From an uncultured bacterium (GTDB lineage: Bacteria; Lernaellota; Lernaellaia; Lernaellales; Lernaellaceae), in NCBI GenBank assembly GCA_964534375.1, contig CAZHPN010000050.1, positions 1 to 34,697 on the forward strand: DNA of 34,697 bases. The letters run 5' to 3'. Of this stretch, positions 1-7,241 are shown one piece after another (position 1 is the stretch's first letter; every line of letters begins with the position of its first letter). The translations under genes and the position numbers were made by a program. The notes beneath the pieces are model-generated. The model saw only the letters and a list, made by a program, of their open reading frames with translations. It had not been told where the DNA came from and did no database searches.

Positions 1-49
1 TGTTCGATTTCCGAACACGCGTGTTCGATTTTCGAACACCATCGAACAC
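1..49. repeat. Tandem palindromic units (GTGTTCGATTTTCGAACAC-like, ~21 bp period) at the window edge
   Basis: 1-18 tgttcgatttccgaacac, 21-39 gtgttcga-ttt-tcgaacac (perfect 8-bp arms), plus a half site tcgaacac at 42-49; possibly truncated by the window start. Confidence 0.6.
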
Positions 50-678
50 TTTTTGGGGCGCGCGGGGGGCGTTTTTGCTGCGGCTAACGGTCCAATTATG
101 CCAGTTTCGGGTCCTTCGCCGACTGCCATTGACGTGGCGCGCGGTTTTCCGATCCCGAGACGATAGGCTCCGACACCTCGTCTTCGCGAGCCTTTTCCGA
201 AGTGGCCAGCGCATTTTTCGGCGTCATCTTTTTCGGACGGGCGACCCTCTCCGAAGTGGCTGGCCCTTCCTTCGGAAGCGCTTCCTTTGGCGCTCCGAAC
301 TGGCTGGCGCTTCCTTTCGGGCGCTTCCGTCCGCGGTTCGTGCGCGGCGCCGCAGGCGATAATGGGGTCTCGCTTGATGGTTGGGCATGGACCCGCAGTC
401 AGCGGATGGAGCGTGCAGACGTAGCGGAATTGAAAAGAATCGCGGTCCGGCGCGCGCCCGCCCTCGCATCGCCGACAAGTCATGGAGAGCGAGGAGGAGG
501 GAAAGCAGGTGACGCGAAAGGCGTGCCGCTTTTCCGGACCGCAGACATCAAAGACCCATGCGCACAAAGATTTCGTCAGATTTCGCTAGCTTACGGCGAT
601 TCCGACCTCCGGATACCGCCGGCTTGCCGTTGCTTGTCGAACGCCTGCCTCATCCACCGTCTAACGTGTCGCGAACGA

Positions 679-990
679 TCAATTCGGCCGTTCAAGCGCC
701 ACGTCGCGCACATTCGCGAAGAACCGCCGCAGCAGCGGATCCTGCACGCGAAACGAGATTTTCGGGAGCACGCCGGCGTTGCGCGCGCGGTCCAGCAGAA
801 ACGCCAGCCCGGCGAACGACACGCCGCGCACGCCGTTGAGATCGACGACGACGGAGCCGAGGCTTTCGCGGGCGGAGCGCCGGACCTGCCGCACGATCGC
901 CATCGCACAGGCGCGATCCAGTTCGGCAACGACCTCCAGCACCGTTTGATTGGCCAGCCACGGTTCGTCCCAGTTCGCTGCCTGTTGCAT
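679..990 (-). CDS. STAS-domain / anti-sigma-factor-antagonist-like protein (103 aa)
   Basis: ATG at 990 preceded by GAAGGAG/GGAG; VLEVVAELD...VVVDLNGVRGVSFAGLAFLL matches the STAS pattern (GELD...vvlDlsgv.fidSsGl..L), although the usual DSS is SFA. Confidence 0.7.
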   Translation of the reverse strand: MQQAANWDEPWLANQTVLEVVAELDRACAMAIVRQVRRSARESLGSVVVDLNGVRGVSFAGLAFLLDRARNAGVLPKISFRVQDPLLRRFFANVRDVALERPN

Positions 991-1063
991 CTCCGTCTCC
1001 TTCTTGCCTCGGCGGGCTGCTTTGTTTCGCCGGCACATTACGGAGAATCAAGTTCTTTCAATA

Positions 1064-1078
1064 TCGGGAGAATCCCGA
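1064..1078. promoter_or_regulatory. Palindromic operator candidate TCGGGA-GAA-TCCCGA
   Basis: Perfect 6-3-6 palindrome upstream of the STAS gene; near-identical copy at 2506-2520. Confidence 0.5.
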
Positions 1079-1139
1079 ATTCGCGGCTCCAAAAACCCGA
1101 CCCGGCCCGCGCCGGGCGCGGTTTTGACGCCGCCGCCCG

Positions 1140-1709
1140 CTACGCCCGCCCGCTGGCGTGCGCCTCCAGGTCGTCGACAAGATGCCGGTATTTCTCGTGA
1201 ATCAAACTGGCGTCGAAATCGAATCCTTCCTGCAGCATCCGCTCTTTCTCCGTCTGGCTGAAATGCGCCATGACCGGCAGGAAGAAATTCTTGTCTTCCT
1301 TCGCGATGTGCCTCGGGTAGAATTCCACCAACTCGGACAACGCGTCGACCATGGCTTCGAAGACGGTGGAATCGCCGGCCGCGTACCGGTCCCGCGCCGC
1401 CACGATCTCGGCCACCTTGGTGCGGCCCAGAATGTGCTCCTCGATCAACTCCTCCATGATGCGCCGCTGGTCCGCCGTGAGGTCTTTCTTGTCCAGTTCG
1501 CGAAACAGGATGTTCTCTTCTTTGCCATGATGGCAGCGGTCGGCGTACATGCGAATGAAATCAACCGCCTGGCTGACAAACAAGATGTCCGCCTTTCCCG
1601 TGCGCCGCATCTGTTCGACCTCCCGAGCGATGCGGAGGATCATCCGCTCGATCAGCCGGTGCTCGATCATCAACGGGCCGATCGGCATCATCTTGCGTCG
1701 CGGTTCCAC
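1140..1709 (-). CDS. Hemerythrin-like (HHE cation-binding) protein
   Basis: Duplicated H...HxxxE ligand pattern: IEHRLI, DRCHHGKEE, EEHILG, RHIAKED; GTG at 1709 follows a GAAGGAG RBS (ORF track starts at 1736). Confidence 0.88.
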   Translation of the reverse strand: MEPRRKMMPIGPLMIEHRLIERMILRIAREVEQMRRTGKADILFVSQAVDFIRMYADRCHHGKEENILFRELDKKDLTADQRRIMEELIEEHILGRTKVAEIVAARDRYAAGDSTVFEAMVDALSELVEFYPRHIAKEDKNFFLPVMAHFSQTEKERMLQEGFDFDASLIHEKYRHLVDDLEAHASGRA

Positions 1710-1813
1710 GTTTTGCTCTCCTTCGTATGTGGGCATCGCCGTTCCGCGGCGAAGGGGATGTCAGAAGAAAAAGTGCGCGGTCCGGCGCGCGCTCACCGTT
1801 AGAAAGCCGTTAG

Positions 1814-2248
1814 TCAAGGTGAGATGGGACGAGAAAAGGAAGGAGCGTGTCTCAAGCGAGCCGCCTTCCGGACCGCAATCTGTAATTCCGTGAACAAGTA
1901 GGGTTTCGAAAGAATCTCGACAGAACTGTCGTTCGAAATTTGGGTCTGGATTTCTTCCCGCGGGCTTGGGGTGCATAGAACAATCGGGGCGTCGCCGCTC
2001 AGGCGCCGTGTCCGCCCGACTGCGGCGGCGACGTCCGAATTCGGTTCGCGCAGGTTCAAAACGACCGCGTTGACCGTGCGCACGAGATCCGAGGCCAACT
2101 CCGCCTCCGGCCACGCGTCTTGCGCAAGCACCACGCGATAGCCCGCGAAATCCAACAAGCGCGCCGTCACGCCCGCCGCGAACGGATCGTCGCCGATCAC
2201 CAAGATGACCTCGCGATTCGCCGTCTTGCTCAAGGCCGTGTTCGACAC
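1814..2248 (-). CDS. Stand-alone atypical (pseudo-)receiver domain protein
   Basis: REC fold motifs ILVIGDDP, AGYRV, PIVLCT, LSKPY; the phosphoacceptor position reads VVLNLREP (Asn for Asp); GTG at 2248 after GAGAGG. Confidence 0.72.
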   Translation of the reverse strand: MSNTALSKTANREVILVIGDDPFAAGVTARLLDFAGYRVVLAQDAWPEAELASDLVRTVNAVVLNLREPNSDVAAAVGRTRRLSGDAPIVLCTPSPREEIQTQISNDSSVEILSKPYLFTELQIAVRKAARLRHAPSFSRPISP

Positions 2249-2505
2249 TTGCCCGCCTCTTCTTATTCGGGGCTCGCCGTTCAATGCGACGCGCCGCAAA
2301 TCGCGGTTCCGTTCATCCGCGCCCCTTTCGGGGGGCGCCGGCGGCCGTCTGGCTGGGGCCGGGGATTGCCGCCGGCGCCGCGGTCACGCGATACGTCCTG
2401 CGTTTAACGGTCGCAACGTTCATCGCCCGCCGCTTTTCCTCTCACCGCACACCCGCACTGCTTTTCTTATGTGCGAAACTTACGAACGGACGGACGGAAG
2501 TGAAA

Positions 2506-2542
2506 TCGGGAGATTCCTGATTTGCGGAAGGGAAAACCCCTA
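2506..2542. promoter_or_regulatory. Tandem operator candidates TCGGGAGATTCCTGA (2506-2520) and AAGGGAAAACCCCTA (2528-2542)
   Basis: Two related imperfect 15-bp palindromes 22 bp apart, upstream of the pseudo-receiver gene; the first matches 1064-1078 at 13/15. Confidence 0.45.
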
Positions 2543-2594
2543 GCCCAATAACCGACTGGCAACCGCTATTGCCGGCATTGTCAAATGACGGACG

Positions 2595-3245
2595 CTAGAA
2601 CTCGAGCGACGTAATGCCCTCGCGCAATGCGTACTTGGTGAGTTCCGCGATGCTGGCAATGCCGAGCTTCTCGGAAATGCGCGCGCGGTGCGACTCGACC
2701 GTCTTGACGCTGACGTTGAGTTCGAAGGCGATCTCTTTCATCGTCTTGCCCTCGGCGAGCCGTTGCAGCACTTCCAATTCCCGCGCCGTGAGGATCGCGC
2801 GGGCGGACCGAATATCGCCGGAGCGTTGCACAAACTCATCGGCAATGACGTGCGACACCGCGGGCGACAAATAAATCTTCCCGGAGGCGACCACGCGAAT
2901 GGCCTTCGCCAACTCTTCGGCGGCCGAATCTTTTAATAGATAGCCGCAGGCGCCGGCGCGCAGCATGTCCGCGACAAAGCGGCGGCTGGCGTGCATCGAG
3001 AGCGCAAGCACTTTGATATTCGGGTCCAGGTCGCGAATCTTCTGCGCCGCGTCGATGCCGTTGAGCCCGGGCATCGAAATGTCCATGACCGCGACGTCCG
3101 GCCGCAATTTCTCCACCATCTGCAGCGCGCACGTCCCGTCCTGCGCTTCGCCGACAACGGTAAAACCGGCCTCTTTCTCGAGCAACGCGCGCAGTCCGTC
3201 GCGCACAATCTGGTGATCGTCAGCCAGGAAGATGCGAATTTCCAT
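2595..3245 (-). CDS. NarL/LuxR-family two-component response regulator
   Basis: REC (LADDH, VAVMDISMP, LSMH, YLLKD) plus LuxR-type HTH (LTARELEVLQRLAEGKTMKEIAFELNVSVKTVESHR). Confidence 0.95.
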   Translation of the reverse strand: MEIRIFLADDHQIVRDGLRALLEKEAGFTVVGEAQDGTCALQMVEKLRPDVAVMDISMPGLNGIDAAQKIRDLDPNIKVLALSMHASRRFVADMLRAGACGYLLKDSAAEELAKAIRVVASGKIYLSPAVSHVIADEFVQRSGDIRSARAILTARELEVLQRLAEGKTMKEIAFELNVSVKTVESHRARISEKLGIASIAELTKYALREGITSLEF

Positions 3246-3588
3246 CGTGTGTTACCTGCGAAATCGCTTGTCCGCGATCGATTGAACGCCCCACGCGGTC
3301 TTATGCCTTTTTCGCCGATGAATTACAAGCCCCGGCCAAATAGCCCTTTTCCGGCCGAATCTGCCCGACGCAGCGCCATGACAGCGCGTGTTCACACAGC
3401 GAGGGTTGGTCTGATGATCTTGACTGTTGGACGAATCCAGCCTCGCGAATTCCCGTTCTCTTCCGAAGACGCTTCTGCCGGCGATCCGGTTGAACCTTGG
3501 TGTAATAACTAAACTAACGGTCGAGATGCCGCGAGAAACCCATGGCCGTAACCATTCAAATTGCCTGCGATTTCGCCAAAGAAAGGAA

Positions 3589-3617
3589 TTGACGTTGCCC
3601 ATTCGCTCGCGTATAGT
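3589..3617 (+). promoter_or_regulatory. sigma70-type promoter upstream of the PilZ-thioesterase-methyltransferase operon
   Basis: TTGACG (3589-3594), 17 nt, TATAGT (3612-3617). Confidence 0.65.
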
Positions 3618-3748
3618 CCCTTTTGTAGCAGGGAAACGGCTTTTCATTCATTCACTTGGCAAACGGCGAGGGAGGATTCGTTCGTTACTGACTGAAAATA
3701 AAGCGCGGGCCTGGGCGACGGCTTGGGGGAGCAACTCGGGAGAGGCAC

Positions 3749-4045
3749 GTGGCTGAATTGCAAGAAAAAGCGCTGGGCCCCGGGGGCGGCGGCCGGCGCG
3801 GCAAAGTGCAATGTTCGTTGGGGCAAGTCACGCCGGCGTTCTTCGCGCCGGTCAGCGGAATAGTTAACGATGGAGACACTTCGGTTAGGGCGCGTGCGAC
3901 GCGCATCGATATCCGGCCGCGACATCCGTTGACGGCCGGGCCCGAATCACCTTGGGACTTCAACACGGCGCTGCGCTATCAGATCGTCGCGAAGACGATG
4001 ACGATTGGCCGGAACAGCGCGCGCAGGAGTATTTTTCGTGGCTAA
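3749..4045 (+). CDS. Possible upstream ORF / hypothetical protein (98 aa)
   Basis: GTG after GGGAGAGG; its stop overlaps the likely start of the next gene (GTGGCTAA); no recognisable motif. Confidence 0.2.
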   Translation: MAELQEKALGPGGGGRRGKVQCSLGQVTPAFFAPVSGIVNDGDTSVRARATRIDIRPRHPLTAGPESPWDFNTALRYQIVAKTMTIGRNSARRSIFRG

Positions 4046-7000
4046 CGTGGCGGAGAAGAAATTTGCCGCGGGGTGGGCCGGTTTGCGCAGCGAGTTGCGC
4101 CGTTCGATACGGCGGCAAACGCTCGCGGAAGCGGTCGTAACGGACGCTGCGGGCGACGCGCGCGAGGCGCTCGTCACCAGCATCAGCGTCGAAGGGGCCT
4201 ATCTCAAAACGGCCGGCGTCCTCGAACTTGGCAGCCGGCTGACATTGACCTTGACGCTGCCGACGGGGTGGCGACGCCCGATCCGCTTGGCCGGCCGCGT
4301 GGTGCGCGTCGACGATGACGGGGCGGCGATCCGCTTCGAAGACGTGAATTCGCGCGACCGCAGCAAGATCCGCGAATATTCGGCGTTTGTCGAAATGGAC
4401 GCCGTCTTTGTCGACTTGCAGCATTCGTTGCGCGGTCAGGTCGCGGGCAACCTGCTGCCGGTCAGCGAGCCGCAATTGCTGCGCGAGCGCTTGCAGGCGG
4501 CCGCCGAGCGCGGGTTGCCGGTCATGGTGATCGTTTCGGTGAAGAGCGATCGCGTGCTCCACGCCCGCTTGGCCCTGGAGCGCGACGGCCTCTTCCTGGC
4601 CGACATCGAGGGACATCTGCCGGCGGACACGCGGGTCGTTTATTGCGTCGTCGCCGACGGCCCGCTGCACACCGCGTTCGAGGGCCTCATCCTTGACGAG
4701 AACGGCCGCCGGCGGCTGATTCTGCCCGAGCGCCTATACCACAACGAACGCCGGGGTTGCCAACGCGAAGCCGTGTTCGACAGTTGGCTGACAATCGAGG
4801 CTCCGCATTTGACCGACGCGGAAATCCGTTTGCCGGTCGTCGATATCAGCGAAACGGGCTGCGCCGTCGTCGTGCCGAAGGCCGGGCTCGTCGCGCCGGG
4901 CATGCGCTTGCCGGCCTTCCGGCTGCATCGCGGCGCGACGGCGCTGGACCGTCAGGGGGCCACGGTGGCGCGGATCGCGTCGCGCGACATCGAGAGCCTG
5001 CTGCTGGGCCTGAGCTACCTCGATCAGACGGCGGATCGCGACGCGTTCGAGCAGATCCGGAACCGGTCGCTGCGGTCGAATTTGTGGAGTTCGATGTTGC
5101 GCCTCGGCGGCGCCGCGCGGCAAAAGCTGGCCGGGTTAATGACGTCAAAAAGTGCGGTGGTTCGCGAACAGGTCTTCGTCGTTCGCTACAAGAACAGCCG
5201 GGGCGACATGGTCGTGGCGTTGTTGGACGCCACATTCGATCTGCGCGAGGACCCGCCGCCGGTCGACGTGGCCGTGTTGATCGGGCCGCCGTTTCCGATT
5301 CGCAAGGAAGTCTTCGGCCTGCTGGCGCGCACGTTGATTGATAATTTCCGGCGCCAGGGGTTGAACGCGGTCGTCCTGCGTTTCGATCTGACCCATTGCC
5401 TGGGCGAGAGCCAGGCGGATCCGGAAATGGTCGCCAAAGGGCATCCGTTCCTCCGCTGGACGTACTCGCATCTGGAAGCGGACATGCTGGCCAGCCTCGC
5501 GTATCTCGAACGTCGCTTCCGCCCGGCCAAGCGCGTCCTGACGACGTACTCGGTCGCCGCCATTCCGGCCCGCCGGTTGCTCGCCGACGGCCCGAAGCCG
5601 CCGGTCGATCTGTTCATCGCGCCCTTCGGCTGTCCGGACGGGCAAGACATGCACAAGAACTACCTCGCCGGCGTCGACCTGTTCCCGTTCTACCTCCGCG
5701 GCGAGAAGGCCGAGCCGTTCTTGATTTACGGCCGGCTGGCGGATCCGAGCTACGTCATGCCGGACGCCATGCGGCGCGGCATGGCCTTCCTCGAAGACGC
5801 GCGCAACGATATGACCAAGATCACCATTCCCGTGGTCTGGTTCGTCGGCACGTACGACTATATGGTCACGCGCGAGCGCGTCCGGCAGATGTTGAACGCG
5901 CCGGGCGGCGGCGTGCGCGAAATTTTCGAATTGGCCACGGGGCATAATCCGAAGGTCGGCCCCGAGGCGATCGAATCGTTCAAGCTGATCTACGAATCGA
6001 TCGCCAAGCATCTCTTCGGCGTCGCCCAGCCGGCGATCGAACCGGACCTCGCGCTCTTTGCCCGGCAAAACGAAGCCGAATGGGCGCGCACCAAGCGCAA
6101 GACGTTCAACAACGCGACGGAATTCTGGAACCGCCACATGTTCGGCACGTCGGACGAAAAGGAAGGCTACGACGTGCTGCTCTACAACCCGACGTACGTC
6201 GATTTCCTCAACCAGCAGGCGGGTCTGCTCGACGTCCATCCGGGGCAGCGCGTGGCCGACATCGGCTGCGGCACGGGCAATTTGTCGGTTGCGCTGTTGC
6301 GCAATCTCGACCTGCAAGGCCAGCCGTTGGAATTGACCTGCCTGGATCTGCTGCCCAAAGCCATCGATTGCGCGCAGAAGAAAATCGCCGCGGTGGTCGC
6401 GGATTCGAGCGACGCCTGGCGGCGCGTCGAATTGCGCTGCCGCGCCATCGATCTCGAAGCGGCGCGGCTGCGGCCGTGGCGCGATTTCATCGACGGCAAG
6501 TTGTACGGGCCGGCGGCGCTGATCGGGCGCCTCGAGGGCCTGCCCGCGTCGACCATCCGCAAGTTTGCCGAGGGATACGGCCAGGAATTTCACGGCATCC
6601 TGCGCGGCGAGCCGGCGACGCTCGAACGCGTGCGCGAACTGCGGCCCGACCTGGACGAGGTCGAAGCCGAAATGACGCTGGATTTATCGCGGGTCAGCCG
6701 CTTCCTCCAAAACGAATTGCTGACCGACGACCTGGTGTCGGGCGCGGCCGAGGCGGCAAGCGCCGCCGACCTGCGCCTGCGCCAGCTCGATTTCGGCCGC
6801 GCGAACCGGGCGTGCGGCTTCGATTTGCCGTCGGGCGCTTTCGATCGCATCGGCGGCTCGCTGATCCTGCCGTACCTTTACGATTCGCCGAGCGTGCTCG
6901 CGGAACTTTACCGCTTGCTGGCGCCGGGCGGCGTGATCGTGCTGTCGAGCCTGAAGCCGAACTTCGATCAATCGAAGTCGTACATCGAGGAAGCCGAGAC

Positions 7001-7241
7001 GATCGCGAAGCGAACGGATTTGAGCGACCTTGAGCGCGAACGCCTGCTGGCCAGCTTGCGCGAGTTCGGGGCGTTCGTCGGCAACGTGATGGAATTGGAA
7101 GAGGAAGGGCGTTTTCGCTTTTTCACGGGCGAAGAATTCGTGCAGGCGATTCGCGCGGCCGGTTTCGTCGAGGCGCGCGCCTACGAGGGCTTCGGCGATC
7201 CGCCGACGGCCGTCATCGTGCGCGCGGTGAAGGGCGGATGA
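4038..7241 (+). CDS. Multidomain protein: PilZ + YcgR-N-like + PilZ + LuxD-like alpha/beta acyl-thioesterase + class I SAM-dependent methyltransferase
   Basis: PilZ1 RRSIR...SISVEG; PilZ2 RRGCQR...DISETG; hydrolase RFDLTHCLGES, TYSVAA (Ser), GTYDYMV (Asp), ATGHNP (His); MTase VADIGCGTGNL, CLDLL, FDRI, LLAPGG; GTG at 4038 lies 8 nt after AGGAG (ORF track uses TTG 4005). Confidence 0.85.
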   Translation: MANVAEKKFAAGWAGLRSELRRSIRRQTLAEAVVTDAAGDAREALVTSISVEGAYLKTAGVLELGSRLTLTLTLPTGWRRPIRLAGRVVRVDDDGAAIRFEDVNSRDRSKIREYSAFVEMDAVFVDLQHSLRGQVAGNLLPVSEPQLLRERLQAAAERGLPVMVIVSVKSDRVLHARLALERDGLFLADIEGHLPADTRVVYCVVADGPLHTAFEGLILDENGRRRLILPERLYHNERRGCQREAVFDSWLTIEAPHLTDAEIRLPVVDISETGCAVVVPKAGLVAPGMRLPAFRLHRGATALDRQGATVARIASRDIESLLLGLSYLDQTADRDAFEQIRNRSLRSNLWSSMLRLGGAARQKLAGLMTSKSAVVREQVFVVRYKNSRGDMVVALLDATFDLREDPPPVDVAVLIGPPFPIRKEVFGLLARTLIDNFRRQGLNAVVLRFDLTHCLGESQADPEMVAKGHPFLRWTYSHLEADMLASLAYLERRFRPAKRVLTTYSVAAIPARRLLADGPKPPVDLFIAPFGCPDGQDMHKNYLAGVDLFPFYLRGEKAEPFLIYGRLADPSYVMPDAMRRGMAFLEDARNDMTKITIPVVWFVGTYDYMVTRERVRQMLNAPGGGVREIFELATGHNPKVGPEAIESFKLIYESIAKHLFGVAQPAIEPDLALFARQNEAEWARTKRKTFNNATEFWNRHMFGTSDEKEGYDVLLYNPTYVDFLNQQAGLLDVHPGQRVADIGCGTGNLSVALLRNLDLQGQPLELTCLDLLPKAIDCAQKKIAAVVADSSDAWRRVELRCRAIDLEAARLRPWRDFIDGKLYGPAALIGRLEGLPASTIRKFAEGYGQEFHGILRGEPATLERVRELRPDLDEVEAEMTLDLSRVSRFLQNELLTDDLVSGAAEAASAADLRLRQLDFGRANRACGFDLPSGAFDRIGGSLILPYLYDSPSVLAELYRLLAPGGVIVLSSLKPNFDQSKSYIEEAETIAKRTDLSDLERERLLASLREFGAFVGNVMELEEEGRFRFFTGEEFVQAIRAAGFVEARAYEGFGDPPTAVIVRAVKGG

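Noticed and set aside
21..678. ORFs 21-362, 202-1200 and 224-478, and short degenerate repeats (TCCGAAGTGGC, GCGCTTCCTTT) at ~195-320
   Set aside because: No recognisable domain or convincing start in any frame; the repeats are too short and irregular for CRISPR. A minus-strand frame from 483 runs off the window and cannot be judged.
3620..4037. c-di-GMP (GEMM) riboswitch in the synthase leader, prompted by GGCAAAC at ~3658
   Set aside because: The following GAAA tetraloop stem and GACGCAAAG elements are not visible; an Rfam scan would be needed.
4005..4037. TTG start at 4005 for the large fusion gene
   Set aside because: GTG at 4038 has a well-spaced AGGAG; 4005 has no comparable RBS.
5170..6030. 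Bioluminescence (lux) operon implied by the LuxD-like domain
   Set aside because: No luxA/B/C/E-like genes in the window; the domain is embedded in a different fusion.
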